Below, in pieces: positions 40,762 through 51,802 of a stretch of 64,000 bases of DNA. The stretch is from Polyangiaceae bacterium. GTDB lineage: Bacteria; Myxococcota_A; Polyangia; Polyangiales; Polyangiaceae. The stretch spans positions 1,504,001-1,568,000 of the forward strand of contig CBDCTZ010000016.1 in assembly GCA_965222375.1 (NCBI GenBank), read 5' to 3'. The first letter of the stretch is position 1; every line of letters begins with the position of its first letter. The notes below the pieces were generated by a model that was given only the letters and a program-made list of their open reading frames with translations, ran no database searches and was not told the DNA's origin. Made by a program: the position numbers and the translations under genes.

Positions 40762-40808
40762 GCGATCGCGATCACCCAATCCGATCGCGATCGTGATCGC
40801 GATCGATC
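40762..40808. repeat. Cluster of GATCGCGATC palindromes (candidate enhancer)
   Basis: GCGATCGCGATC-ACCCAATC-CGATCGCGATCG-TGATCGCGATCGATC. Confidence 0.55.
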
Positions 40809-41008
40809 AGCTGGGCGGAACCACTCGTACACCGTGGATGGACATGAATGCGCACCGCCAGGTCGCTCTCCCCTTGCGCTCGGACTCCGCTGCACCATGT
40901 CCACTGACAAGAGGCCTTGTCCCATCGCTTAAGCCGCCGACAAAAATCTCGTGCGGCCCTCCAGCTTACACGGCTCCGTCCGTTCTTCTGGCTTGTGGAG
41001 AAGCGATC

Positions 41009-42002
41009 CATGATGACCTCTGAATTTCCCACTCAGCGCCGGCATCTCACCGTCAGAGTGCCCCGATCGAGACAGTTCCTAGTCCTACTCCCGACAATTG
41101 CTCTGGGGATCCTCGTAACAGAGCCGGCGAAAGCCACCGCACCGCCTACGGCGAGCTTCCCGACGGCGGAGGAGGTGACCCCAGCGCCAACCGCACACCC
41201 GCCGAGCCCGCCCGCCGCAACCAAGCCGCGCGCGACGCCTGCAGTTCCGGCGGTGAGCGCTTCGGAGCCCGTGCCCGCCAATCGAGCCGAACCACGGGGG
41301 GCAGATGCGGAACCTCAGTGGCGCCGGCTGCCAACTTTGTTCAAGCCGAGCCCAGGAGCAGGTACCGGAGTTCCTCGCGATAGCGCTGCTGCGTCGGAAG
41401 AGCCCGTCGCACCGGAGACTTGGATTTGGTCTTTGGAAGGTGTGAGCCGTGCGCCCGTCGACGTTGGATTCCAATCCGTATTCGAGACCTCCTTCGGTTT
41501 GCGATTGGGCGGCGGTTATGCGTGGGTGCCGAGCGCGTACCTCGACTTCGTGACCCAGGCTGCGGGCACGGACAATGGGAACGTGGTGGCCGCCCTGGAT
41601 GGTGGCCGGACCCTGCGTGGCTTCGTTGGTCTGCGACCGAGCAAGAAGGTCGGCGTCGTCTTTGACGCTGGGTATTCGCGGGTTCGCCTGACCGGAACTC
41701 TCGACGATCCGGGAGCCGTTCAAGGAGTCAGCCTGGGCCGTTTCGACCTGGAATCAAACCTGGACATGTGGTTCGTCGAACTCGGCTACCAAGGGCATTT
41801 GGGGCGCCATGCGATCCTCGGGATCGGCATCGGCTTGATGGGGACCCTAAACGCCAGCACCGACGCCACCCCCGATCAGAGTGTACCGAGCACCGTGAGC
41901 GAAGCGCTGACCAAGGAAGCAACCGATACCGTCGACTCCCAAATCGAGCAGTACGGATTCGTGCCTACATTGACCCTGCGCCTGGGTTTCGATCTGATTT
42001 GA
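41009..42002 (+). CDS. Secreted protein with C-terminal beta-barrel-like domain (start uncertain)
   Basis: Signal peptide, Pro-rich linker, amphipathic strands ending TLTLRLGFDLI. Confidence 0.65.
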
Positions 42003-42106
42003 GCCCAGAGCGCATCCCGCGCCCGCTGACACGGCGGGATTGCGGCACAATGCCGACGTTTGCGCCGCGCTAGATCGATCGCCCGTCGCGGGCGTATGTT
42101 CTGGGC

Positions 42107-43183
42107 ATGTGGACAAAAACTCTCCTTGTTGCCGCCGTCGCCACCCTGCACGTTGGATGTACTGAAAAGTCGGAGGGCGCGAAGCCCGTGAATTCCGCAA
42201 ACACGGCGTCGTCAGCAGTCTCGACTGGGGCAGTTGCCGCACCTGCAGCAACGTCCACCGCACCGGCTGTGCCAGCTGGGCAGGCCAGTGCACTTACCCA
42301 TCTGGCCGCAACCAAACCAGGCTCCTTCGATGCCAAGTGCAAGGACCTCGTCAAAACCCACAACCCTCCCGCGCAACAGCTCGCGCACGTTCTGCGCCGA
42401 CTCACCTGCGAACCGGCTCTGTACTTCAAACCGATCGCCGAGGTGCGTAAGGCGCTCGCGCTGCAAGTCGGCTACACCCTCACGTTCTCCGGTCCCGCTA
42501 CGGCGATGCTCGAATTCCCCAAGACCATTAGCCCCAAAGATCTGGGCCGCGTGATGGACGTCGGCAAGCCTGTCGCAAGGATGTCAGACCGAGGCGCTTG
42601 GCGCAGTCGCATTTGGTTTTTTGGTGCCGATGCCAAGACGGGTGCTCTCGACATCTGGGGGCCAGGCAAGACGATGATCGGTGTGCGCATCGACTACGCC
42701 AGCCTGCCCAAGGACGCGGAGGTCACGCCCATCGCCGAAGGCAACGAACTGCGTGGCACGGCGATCATCACGATGCCTCCCGACGTCGTGCCGGTGAAAC
42801 ACGACGCCGCCGCTGTGAAGCTCTTGCTCGCTGGTCTCGCCAAGCTGTCTTCCGATCGCAAGCTACTATCAGTCGAGCCGGAAGCGATTGCCAAACAAGT
42901 GGGGCTGGACAGCGAGCGCTTCCGCCTCTCGTCGCGATCCATCGGAAGCACCCGCTCCGGGACCGACATCTGGACTGCCCGCACCCGGATCGACGCAGAG
43001 CCACTGATCAAGGCCCTTGGCGTAAGGGGCAAGATCTCGCATCGCCGCGCCCGAGATTCCGACGACTACTTGCTCTACGACGGCAGCGACAGCGGTCACA
43101 AATACCAAGGGCTCAACCTAGAGCTCAGCTTCGACAAGCTGGAAGGTGATCGTTACGAGCTCAACGGGATCACCGTGCGCTAG
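42107..43183 (+). CDS. Hypothetical lipoprotein
   Basis: VGC lipobox, Ala-rich linker. Confidence 0.75.
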   Translation: MWTKTLLVAAVATLHVGCTEKSEGAKPVNSANTASSAVSTGAVAAPAATSTAPAVPAGQASALTHLAATKPGSFDAKCKDLVKTHNPPAQQLAHVLRRLTCEPALYFKPIAEVRKALALQVGYTLTFSGPATAMLEFPKTISPKDLGRVMDVGKPVARMSDRGAWRSRIWFFGADAKTGALDIWGPGKTMIGVRIDYASLPKDAEVTPIAEGNELRGTAIITMPPDVVPVKHDAAAVKLLLAGLAKLSSDRKLLSVEPEAIAKQVGLDSERFRLSSRSIGSTRSGTDIWTARTRIDAEPLIKALGVRGKISHRRARDSDDYLLYDGSDSGHKYQGLNLELSFDKLEGDRYELNGITVR

Positions 43184-43283
43184 CTCCCAGCCCGCGACTC
43201 CAATTAACCTGCATTCGGCATCATAGAGTTCGCGCCCGACCCGACTTGCAATGTGTCAGCCTGCGAGGCTAGGTAGGGAGTTC

Positions 43284-43668
43284 ATGCCGACAAAGACGAA
43301 GCCGTGTCAAGGCTCCGTGTTGCTGGGGTTCGCCGCAGTATTGAGCGCACTGCTTGCGTGTAAGAGTAGCCAGGAACTGCGAGGCGACGGTCAACTACAT
43401 GGGCAAGCAATTCAGCGGTCGCGGCAAGGGTGAGAAGAACGCGAAGGTCAGTGGCTGCCTGGGTTGGTGTACCCACAAGGACCCACTGCTGGAATCCAAG
43501 TACCAGCAATGGAAAGCAACCCCGAGAGGGCAGCGCTCCAAGGACTCTCGCTTCGGCGACATCATCTCGCACATGCCCGGCGGCAAGGAGTTGGCTCATC
43601 AGTGCCGAGATCGCTGCCTGCTTGCGGAGCAGAGCGGGCAAGCGACGATTCAAGTCGACTGCAAGTAG
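43284..43668 (+). pseudogene. Small Cys-containing lipoprotein split by a frameshift near 43373
   Basis: GGGAG RBS + MPTK...ALLACKSSQ in one frame; NCEATVNYMGK...IQVDCK in the next frame. Confidence 0.6.
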
Positions 43669-43718
43669 CTCGAATCCTTCGAGCCGGGCGGTCGAAGCCG
43701 TGTTACCCAGCCTTGGTA

Positions 43719-44453
43719 ATGCTCAAATGGCTTCTCGGTCGCAGCCCTTGGGAAATTGCGGCGACCCTCTTCGTCGTGTTTCTCGATCTGGTGCACTGGC
43801 TGGTTTTCGAACCCGTCAACGACGCGCTGCGCTCGCTGCTTTCGACACCGTCGGTGCTCTCGATACTTCTGCTGATCGCGTTGTACTTCGCCTACTGCGT
43901 GGCGCTGATCCTGTTGGCGCTCCTCAAGCCCGAGTCAGGCGACAAACCTGCTACTTGGCAAAAGGTGTTGTTCCTCTACCCATCCTTTGGCTTCGGGATC
44001 ATCGTCGTGATGGCCGGCGGCGCTGTCGGCGGCATGATGTCGGATGACTCGGTCGCCCTGAGCGACGGCTGGCAGCAGGCCGGGGTGTTCGGCACGTTGG
44101 CGCTCTTTTTCGTGCACATCATGGCGGTCGCGATCCCGATCAAGCCGAGGCTCGGTGCGGAGCAGCCGGGCTACCTCCTGTTGTTGGCGCCCGCCATGGT
44201 GGTCAGCGAACTCATGCTCAACTTGTCCGTGGCACTCTGGTACCACTTCCTAGGCCCCGAAGCCGGTCCCGCGCCCGATGAACCGAGCACTGTGGGGTCG
44301 TTCATCATCGCCCTGCCGCTGTTCTTGCTCTTCTTCGCGGCGCCGCGGTTCACCTTCATGAGCCGCAGCTTCACGTGGACTGCTCTCGCGTCGGGTCTCG
44401 GTTTCGCCCTCTACGAGCTCTGGCACATGGTGGCCGAAGCTCCGCTGCTCTGA
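43719..44453 (+). CDS. Integral membrane protein
   Basis: About seven hydrophobic segments. Confidence 0.75.
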   Translation: MLKWLLGRSPWEIAATLFVVFLDLVHWLVFEPVNDALRSLLSTPSVLSILLLIALYFAYCVALILLALLKPESGDKPATWQKVLFLYPSFGFGIIVVMAGGAVGGMMSDDSVALSDGWQQAGVFGTLALFFVHIMAVAIPIKPRLGAEQPGYLLLLAPAMVVSELMLNLSVALWYHFLGPEAGPAPDEPSTVGSFIIALPLFLLFFAAPRFTFMSRSFTWTALASGLGFALYELWHMVAEAPLL

Positions 44454-44621
44454 AGCGCGATTCACGGCTCCCGCGCGTCCGGAGGTCCTGCCATCCGGCG
44501 AAACGCCGCATCGCGCCGGCCCTTTTCCGAAGTGAGCCATTGGCGTGCTGGGAGGGAGACGAGCAGGGCGCGTGCGAAGAGTTGCACCTGATCTCGGATG
44601 GAGGGAGCTTGCTGCGGCGTC

Positions 44622-45383
44622 ATGCGAATCCATGTCCTCCTCGCTCTGGGCGCTGCTGCGCTCCTAGCCGCCTGCTCGTCGGAGGACGACAGCGGCGGCA
44701 CTGCGGGCGGCGGGGGCAGTGGAGGTGGGGGCGCAACCTGTGATGAGGCGACGGATTGCGGCGACCCGACGACGATGGTGTGCGATCCAGTGCAGGGGCG
44801 ATGTGTCGCTGGTCAGTGCACGAACACGGTGGGGTGCAAGAAAGGTGAGACCTGCCGCTTGCAGCAGCAAGGCGCAGCAATTGGCGCGTGCTACCTCGAG
44901 TGCGTTTTCAATGGACGCCCCTGCCCGGGTGATGCGACCTGCCGGGTCTCCCCCAACGACAATTCCGGCTTCTGTTGGAACGCGGGCGCTGCCACCGAGG
45001 GGCAGTCGTGCCAATCTACGCCCGTCAATACCGGCTGCGCCCTCGGCCTCGTTTGCGCCATCGATGCAGGGCAGAACGTATGCCGCGAGCAATGCAGCTA
45101 TTGGTCCGCGTCGCCGGGCTGCCCCAGCTCGCAGCATTGCGCCGCGAACAGCCTTTGCTTTGCGCAAAGCGGTGATTCGGCGGCCATTGGCGAGAGCTGC
45201 GCTAGCGGCGCGACCGCGGGCGATCCTTGCGGCAGCGATGGTGGAGCTTGGCGCGGTTCATGCGTGAGCGACGGAGCGGGTCACCGCTGCACGAAAGTGT
45301 GTCGTGTCGCCGTCAGCGCAGACTGCCCCTCGGGAAAGACCTGCCAGCTGACCGCCGGCGATGATGTTGGCTTGTGTTTGTAG
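44622..45383 (+). CDS. Cys-rich lipoprotein
   Basis: LAAC lipobox, many Cys. Confidence 0.8.
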   Translation: MRIHVLLALGAAALLAACSSEDDSGGTAGGGGSGGGGATCDEATDCGDPTTMVCDPVQGRCVAGQCTNTVGCKKGETCRLQQQGAAIGACYLECVFNGRPCPGDATCRVSPNDNSGFCWNAGAATEGQSCQSTPVNTGCALGLVCAIDAGQNVCREQCSYWSASPGCPSSQHCAANSLCFAQSGDSAAIGESCASGATAGDPCGSDGGAWRGSCVSDGAGHRCTKVCRVAVSADCPSGKTCQLTAGDDVGLCL

Positions 45384-45418
45384 GACCCACGCGCTGTTCG
45401 CGCATGACTCGCCCACAA

Positions 45419-46009
45419 TCAGCCGGCGAGGGCGCACCAATACTGCAGTTCATCTGGCTGGTTCGGCAGCGTGCGATACACCAGTCCCGTGAAGCCGCTC
45501 GGGCCCGGGCGCTGCATGACGCGACCGTCGAACTGAAACATTTGACGAGAGCTGTCTCCCGCGTGGCTCCTGACGTCCATCAGCAGCGCGTCTCCTTCGT
45601 GGGCATGCGCCTGATAGTCCGCGCGCACTGAAAATGGCCCGAGCTTGGTGCGCTTGGAGGTTCCAGGCAGCAGCTCGAGGCGTTCGGTTTTTTGCGCCAG
45701 CAGTTTTGGATCCCCAGGGTCTGCGACGACCGAAGCCCGCCACATCACTTCACAGCGGATCGTGGGGCGATCATTCTTCGTGTAGTGGACTACCTGGCTC
45801 GGCTGCTTCGGATCCACGAGGGGCGAATCGGGCTCGTCCGCCGCGGGAAACTCCGGTTGGCCAAAGGTGGCGTGGCCAGCCGCTGTGGTCGGCTCCGGCC
45901 CCGGCGGCACGCTGTCGGCGCTCCGGGCTGGGCCCAGGGTTTCGCCACCACAGGCGAGACCGAACACTGAGAACAAAAGGGCCGAAATCGAGATCTGACG
46001 CATGGGCAT
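45419..46009 (-). CDS. Hypothetical lipoprotein
   Basis: GAGGAG RBS, LAC lipobox. Confidence 0.7.
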   Translation of the reverse strand: MPMRQISISALLFSVFGLACGGETLGPARSADSVPPGPEPTTAAGHATFGQPEFPAADEPDSPLVDPKQPSQVVHYTKNDRPTIRCEVMWRASVVADPGDPKLLAQKTERLELLPGTSKRTKLGPFSVRADYQAHAHEGDALLMDVRSHAGDSSRQMFQFDGRVMQRPGPSGFTGLVYRTLPNQPDELQYWCALAG

Positions 46010-46107
46010 GTCTCCTCACCCTCACGAAACGAACCTCCGCGGAAGGGCTTACACTCCGCGCGGGCTTGATCCCAGTGGTGCATCGACGAGACTAGACGCC
46101 CCACGCA

Positions 46108-46526
46108 TGACCGCTCGCACTCTGCTCCAACTGCTCGCTGTCGCCGGCGCCCTCAGCGTTGCCTGCGGCTCCTCGCAGCGGAACAAGAAGAACTACCGAG
46201 ATGTGCCCAAAGCGGTTGCCTTCGGCGTCGTGGCCACCGGCGTGTATCGAGGCGTGACCGGTGGTTGCTGGGCGCAGTGCACCCACGGGCTGGTTTGCGA
46301 CGAGGAGTCGGGTACTTGCGTCCCCTACGAGCAGAAGGCGCGAAAAGCATCTCTGAGAGCGCAAGCGCGGTCTCAGTCCACACCAGGCCCATCCCTGGTG
46401 CGCCGCTGCAGCTGTGAAGACGCTTCTGTGGTCCATGCACCGCTTCGCAATGACGGCGGGGCCGACGCGGCTGTCTGCAATTGCCCGCCATCCGTTCAGA
46501 CCACGGACGCGGGAGTGGGCGATTAG
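46108..46526 (+). CDS. Small Cys-containing lipoprotein
   Basis: VAC lipobox; YRGVTGGCWAQCTHG..C....G.C. Confidence 0.7.
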
Positions 46527-46665
46527 TTGATGGGTCTTGGTCTGGGTCGCGCCAGCGGTGCAGAAGGGCAATTGCTCCAGAAGAAGGCCTCAGTGGCGAG
46601 CCATAGGGTCGGAGCAGCGCGTGTGACCCGAGAAACTCACAAGCGAAGCCTGAGCCACCCGCCTT

Positions 46666-46724
46666 GCGCGGCCCAAGTCGGGAGTAGTGGCCCTGCCTGC
46701 ACCATCGCCGCGACCCCAAAACCC
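46666..46724 (+). repeat. Dispersed repeat copy R2
   Basis: GCGCGGCCCAAGTCGGGAGTAGTGGCCCTGCCTGCACCA...CGCGACCCCAAAACCC, closely similar to 61233-61297. Confidence 0.85.
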
Positions 46725-46799
46725 TAAGCACGCGGAGCTCAGTGGAGATCAGCGCCGTGTCGGGGACGAAGCTCGGTTTTCGGCGCATGTTTCGCTCCG

Positions 46800-48230
46800 A
46801 TGCACGAGCTGAAACCCTCGACGAGCCGAACCGGTCCAACGCCTACCGCTCCAGTCGTGTACTTGTGCTGGGCGGTCTTGCAGGTGGGTTGTTCATCCGA
46901 GTCTGACCCGGGTTCCTCTGCGGGAGGTGCAGGTGGTGCGGACGCTGCCGTGGTTAGCGACGCGGGTCCAAGCGAGACGGGTTCGGGCAGCTGCGAGCTC
47001 GGTAATGCTTGCGTGGCGTCCGCGTCCTGCGACGGCGAAGCAGTGGGCTGTGCCACATGGGCGGCGCCCACGAATCTGGTGCTTTCGGAAGGCGAGATCT
47101 GGGGCGCGGACCTCTTCAAGATCGGACAGGGGATCAAGACTTTCGTCGGCCGCACACCGCTCCAGGTACCGCAAGCGGCGAATTGGATTGCGACCATGCC
47201 ACCGGGCGCTGCTGCAACAGCAATCGCAGTCGGCGAAAACGGCACCAGCTATGTCGTGGGGTCCGTGACCCAGAACAGCCACGAAGATCTCATGTTGGCC
47301 GAATACCCTTATGCAACGCAGAACACGAGCAGCCCAACCCTGTTGTGGAAGGCTGGTGGCACGGGCCACGATCGCTTCGATGACGTCGCGGTATTGCCGG
47401 ATGGTGACGTTTTGGCGGTGGGCAGCATCACGAGTGGCGTGGATCTCGGCGCAGGCCCCAAGACGACGCGGGGAGAGCACGATTCAGTCGTGATTCGCTT
47501 CACCGCCAGCGGGCAGATCAGGGACTCTCTCGTTTTCGGTTCGGAAGGACACGACGTTGCCACGAGCGTCGCTGTGACGAAGGACGGACAGTTCCTGGTC
47601 ACGGGAACGTTTTCCGGCACCATCGAGGTTGCTGGGCACAGTGTAGCGAGTCTGGGCGGTTCGGACGTCTTCGTCGCCAAGCTGGACGCAGGTTTGAAGA
47701 TCGAGTGGTTGAGGCGTTTCGGCAGCTCTGGAGTCGAAGGGTCGCCGCGCGTCGCATGGACAACCCAGCCCATCCTGGCGATGACAACCCAGGGCAAGCC
47801 GCCAACTTGTGAGGATCACGACGCCAACACGCGGCTCGCTGTGATCGGACTGAGTCCCTCGGGTGACCTTCGCTGGAGGCGAACCAGCGAAGGTGCGCAG
47901 TTCGCGCTACACAAGCTGAGGGCCAGCAGCGGCGGCCGGCTTTGGATCACCGGTGCGGTCAGCGGTCCTGCTAGCTTTGGAGGAGCCGTGTTCGAGTCTG
48001 TCGACGCTCAAGACGGTTTCGCGCTCCTCGTCGACAGCGGCGGTTGCCCGCTCTGGCACCGTACCGTTGGCAGCGTGGGCGGGCCCGAAGCCGTGACGGA
48101 AATCCTCGACCTTGGAGCGGGCCAAGTTCTCTTTGGTGGGCGCTTCGCGTCGTCGATGGACCTGGGTAGCGGTAGCATCCAAGTGACCCAAGGGGGTTTC
48201 CTGGCGCGCATGCCGCATCCGGTGCCGTAG
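46800..48230 (+). CDS. Beta-propeller lipoprotein (start uncertain)
   Basis: VGCSSESD lipobox; D.FVAKL....W...FG repeats. Confidence 0.75.
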   Translation: MHELKPSTSRTGPTPTAPVVYLCWAVLQVGCSSESDPGSSAGGAGGADAAVVSDAGPSETGSGSCELGNACVASASCDGEAVGCATWAAPTNLVLSEGEIWGADLFKIGQGIKTFVGRTPLQVPQAANWIATMPPGAAATAIAVGENGTSYVVGSVTQNSHEDLMLAEYPYATQNTSSPTLLWKAGGTGHDRFDDVAVLPDGDVLAVGSITSGVDLGAGPKTTRGEHDSVVIRFTASGQIRDSLVFGSEGHDVATSVAVTKDGQFLVTGTFSGTIEVAGHSVASLGGSDVFVAKLDAGLKIEWLRRFGSSGVEGSPRVAWTTQPILAMTTQGKPPTCEDHDANTRLAVIGLSPSGDLRWRRTSEGAQFALHKLRASSGGRLWITGAVSGPASFGGAVFESVDAQDGFALLVDSGGCPLWHRTVGSVGGPEAVTEILDLGAGQVLFGGRFASSMDLGSGSIQVTQGGFLARMPHPVP

Positions 48231-48299
48231 GTGCATTGCGGCCCAGCGGGGTTTTGGCGCTGAACGGCAATGGGGCCCTTCGAGCTCTGGTCGAAACCG

Positions 48300-48315
48300 C
48301 GGCACGGCGGTTGCA
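48300..48315 (+). promoter_or_regulatory. Sigma54 -24/-12 promoter
   Basis: CGGCACGGCGGTTGCA, near-consensus, 19 bp before the ATG at 48335. Confidence 0.65.
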
Positions 48316-48334
48316 CGCTCGCGCGGCACTCAAC

Positions 48335-49657
48335 ATGCGCCGACCCACACACATCCTGCTTTGGCTTGCCTTTTCGTCCGCCAGCGCCTGCGGTAGCCGC
48401 TCCGAAGGCGACTTCGCCGAGTTCTTCCACGGCGGTCCGGGCGCGACAGGCACGCCCGGAGTGTGCCAAACCCAGCCCGAGTGGCAGCGCCGCTTCGATG
48501 GGCGCATTTACACCGCCGCCAGCTGGAATGCGACGGGGGTGAGCCTCGCGGGCCGCCACTTCGACGAACACCTCGAGAGCACGGCGATTACCCGCCTGTC
48601 CCTCGATGGTGCGGTTCTATTCGATCTGCGCCTCGATGGTCGCTCCGCTCTGATTGCGTCACAGGGTGATCGCAACCTCGTCGCGCGCACGTGGAAGGAC
48701 GATTTGCTCGTTTCGCTCCATGGCGCGGCTGGCGCGCAGCTGAACGAAACCACCATCGACACCGGCGAGGACGATTTCGCCCACGCGGTCCTCCCCGCGC
48801 CGGGCGGCTACTACGTGTATGGGGTTGCCGGCTACTATCCCTCGTCGCTCGGTGGATTGTTCGTGACTCGTCTGGATCTGGGTGGCAACGAGGTATGGAC
48901 CCGCATCTACGAAAAGCCGCACAAGATCAAGCTGCGCGCGCGCGCCGCCTTCGTGGATGCATCGGGCGGTCTCGTATTTATGGCGCAACGCTGGATTGCC
49001 GGTGGCAGCGGGCCGCCTTGGGTCGTTTCTTTGAGTTCCGACAACCAGGTGCGCTGGGAGTATCAGGACGCTGTGACGTACGAACGCGGTAGCGGCTGGG
49101 CCCTCGTGCCGAGCCCAGACGGTGGTGTCGTGCTTGCTGGCACCCTCGACGATACTGGCGTCGGCGGTGGCCCCGCGCGCGCGATTCACCTGAACGCCAG
49201 TGGCAAGTTGGTGTGGGTGCGCTCCTTTGACGACGGATCGGGAAATCAGCAGACCATTAGGGACGGCGTGGCGGTGCCGGGTGGCGGCTATGCTTTCGTC
49301 GGCTATTCGGCGAACAGCACCCAGGATCGGCTGTGGCGCCTAAGGGCCAATGGCTCCATCGCCTGGACGCGCGACTACCCGCGTACGAACACGGGCGGCA
49401 TGACCCAAATCGAAAACGCGCCCGGTGGTTTCTGGGTTGGAACTAGCGCCTGGAAGTCGAAGGGAGCGTCCCACTTCGAAGTGCTGCGACTGGGAGCGGA
49501 CGGCGCGGAAATCGACTCCACTCGCGCCGACGGTAGCGGCGTCGGCGGATTGAACGTGCTGCAGGCGGACGCATCCGGTCGGGTGTTGGCGGCGGGTGGT
49601 TGGCACTCCGAACCCGCCAAGCAAGGCCATGTGTTCCTGAGCGCAGGCTGCCGCTAG
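48335..49657 (+). CDS. Beta-propeller lipoprotein
   Basis: SACGSRS lipobox; GG....G....L...G...W.R.Y repeats. Confidence 0.8.
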   Translation: MRRPTHILLWLAFSSASACGSRSEGDFAEFFHGGPGATGTPGVCQTQPEWQRRFDGRIYTAASWNATGVSLAGRHFDEHLESTAITRLSLDGAVLFDLRLDGRSALIASQGDRNLVARTWKDDLLVSLHGAAGAQLNETTIDTGEDDFAHAVLPAPGGYYVYGVAGYYPSSLGGLFVTRLDLGGNEVWTRIYEKPHKIKLRARAAFVDASGGLVFMAQRWIAGGSGPPWVVSLSSDNQVRWEYQDAVTYERGSGWALVPSPDGGVVLAGTLDDTGVGGGPARAIHLNASGKLVWVRSFDDGSGNQQTIRDGVAVPGGGYAFVGYSANSTQDRLWRLRANGSIAWTRDYPRTNTGGMTQIENAPGGFWVGTSAWKSKGASHFEVLRLGADGAEIDSTRADGSGVGGLNVLQADASGRVLAAGGWHSEPAKQGHVFLSAGCR

Positions 49658-49769
49658 TCCTCCCGCCTCGCGGGCCGCAAGCTCCGCGGATCCCGCGTTT
49701 GTTCGGCACAAACGCCGCGCCGTGGCGCCAGGTCTTTTCATCGGGGGAAATGCGTGGATCCTTGTGAGC

Positions 49770-50696
49770 GTGACTCCCAGCCTGCTCCTGCTCCTCGACG
49801 ACATCGCGAGCGCCCTCGACGACGTCGGCGTGATGACCAAGGTCGCCACCAAGAAGACCGCGGGTGTCTTGGGAGACGATCTGGCCCTCAACGCGGAGCA
49901 GGTCACCGGCGTGGACCCCAGCCGCGAGCTGCCTGTGGTGTGGGCCGTGGCCAAGGGCAGCTTCGTCAACAAGGGGATCCTGGTGCCCGCGGCACTGCTG
50001 ATCAGCGCGTTTGCGCCCTGGCTCATCGTTCCGTTGTTGATGATCGGTGGCAGCTATTTGTGCTTCGAAGGCTTCGAGAAGGTCTTCCACAAGTTTTTTC
50101 ACAAGGAAAAGCAGCAACAGCACCGCGCCGACGCTGCCGCGAAACGGCAGGATCCGAAGACCAATCTGGTGGAGGCGGAGCGGGAGAAGATCAAGGGCGC
50201 CATCCGTACAGATCTGATCCTATCTGCGGAAATCCTTGTCATCGCGTTGGGTACGGCGGCGGAGGCCCCGCTGCTCAAGAAGGCGCTCTTGCTCGTGATC
50301 ATCGCCATCACCTTCACCGTCTTCGTGTACGGACTCGTGGCGGCGATCGTGAAGCTGGATGACATCGGCCTCGCTCTGGTAGGAAGCTCGTCGTCGGCAG
50401 GGCGCGCGGTTGGACGAGGCATCCTGGCGCTTGCGCCCTGGCTGATCAAAGGCTTGGGCATCGTGGGCACCATCGCCATGTTCCTCGTGGGTGGCGGCAT
50501 CATCACCCACGGCGCCAAGCCCTTGGCAGCGATATCCGCCGCCGCCACGAAATCCGCGGGGCCCCTTGCCTGGGCGACGCCGCTGCTCTTCGATCTGATC
50601 GTCGGAGTGGCGCTCGGCGCGCTGCTCGTCGCGATCGTCCGCGTTGCGGGGCGCCTGTTCAAGCGCTCATCCAGCGACGAAGCCAGCGCGAGCTGA
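49770..50696 (+). CDS. yedI: DUF808 (YedI) family membrane protein
   Basis: SLLLLLDDIA..LDDV, KKTAGVLGDDLALNAEQV, GAIRTDLILSAEI. Confidence 0.92.
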   Translation: MTPSLLLLLDDIASALDDVGVMTKVATKKTAGVLGDDLALNAEQVTGVDPSRELPVVWAVAKGSFVNKGILVPAALLISAFAPWLIVPLLMIGGSYLCFEGFEKVFHKFFHKEKQQQHRADAAAKRQDPKTNLVEAEREKIKGAIRTDLILSAEILVIALGTAAEAPLLKKALLLVIIAITFTVFVYGLVAAIVKLDDIGLALVGSSSSAGRAVGRGILALAPWLIKGLGIVGTIAMFLVGGGIITHGAKPLAAISAAATKSAGPLAWATPLLFDLIVGVALGALLVAIVRVAGRLFKRSSSDEASAS

Positions 50697-50815
50697 GCTG
50701 CCCAAACACCCCGTGGCACATGTCTGAACGCCTAGCTCGGCTGCAATTGCCAGAGACGTACAACATCGCGGCTTCCACCCACGCGGCAGGCAGCACCCTG
50801 CTATGCTGTGCGCCC

Positions 50816-51325
50816 GTGACTCGCGTCTTTCGTTCAGCACTCGTCGCAAGCCTGCTGCTCGTGATCGGCGCATGCGGCGGTGACGATGATGGCGGTGGTG
50901 GGCCGGCGAACACCGGGGGAAGCGGTGCAACGGGCGGCGTGGCCGGTGCTGCGACGGGCGGTGCATCCGGCGCAGGGACTGGCGGCGCGACGGGCGGAGC
51001 TTCTGGGGCGGCGAGCGGGGGCGCTTCGAGCGGCGGGATGGCGGGCGGTGGTGGCACAGCGCCGGATCCTTGTCCCCGCGTGAAGGTCGAAGTGAGCGCG
51101 GGCTCCACGCTCAACGTGCGGCCTACGCCCTCCACGGCGCAGGCGCCGATCGGCAAGCTGGGTGCAGGCGAGATCGTTCAAGTGCTCGCGCAGGTTCAGG
51201 GCGAGGTGGTCAACGGCAACACGCTCTGGTTCCAGATCGCGACGCCCTTGCTCAATGGCTACATTTCGGCCGAGTTCGCGAGCTGCACCCAAGAAACCCC
51301 GCCACCGCCGCCGGCGGCGTACTAG
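50816..51325 (+). CDS. SH3b-domain lipoprotein
   Basis: IGAC lipobox, Gly linker, LNVRPTPST...W.QI....GYIS. Confidence 0.8.
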   Translation: MTRVFRSALVASLLLVIGACGGDDDGGGGPANTGGSGATGGVAGAATGGASGAGTGGATGGASGAASGGASSGGMAGGGGTAPDPCPRVKVEVSAGSTLNVRPTPSTAQAPIGKLGAGEIVQVLAQVQGEVVNGNTLWFQIATPLLNGYISAEFASCTQETPPPPPAAY

Positions 51326-51802
51326 GTCCAGCGCGTTGCTCCGAACTCGCTCATCGTGCTCGGAGTGCGCGCAGTTCAGGCTGCCGGACATCAGCGGTTG
51401 GCGCAGTAGACGATGAGCTGGATGACAGCTGTGAGCCCGAGGGCGATCAACATGGCGTTGATCAGACCGTCGAACCACTTGCCAAAGGCGCGGAGCTGCG
51501 GCCTGAAGAGCAGCTTGCCGGCGATCAGCATTTCTCCCCGAACACGCTGCAGCGTACCAGTACCGGTTGCGTTTGCCCGCAGTGGCTCCGTAGCACCACG
51601 CGCTACCTGGGAGAAGGTACCAAGGGCTCGAGATTGCGCAGCCTCTAAAGGGCTCTTCCGGATCAGCCTGCCCTCCGGCGTGGATGGGGAGTTGGCGAAG
51701 ATCTCGGTGAGTCCGAAGGCGACCCAGGCACGGAGTAGCCCCATCGCTTCTGCCCTGTCGGGCGCGATCCTCGCTTCGGGATGCGCTACACTGACGCTTG
51801 CG

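Noticed and set aside
51391..51531. Small hydrophobic minus-strand ORF
   Set aside because: Too short and featureless to support; may be a gene remnant.
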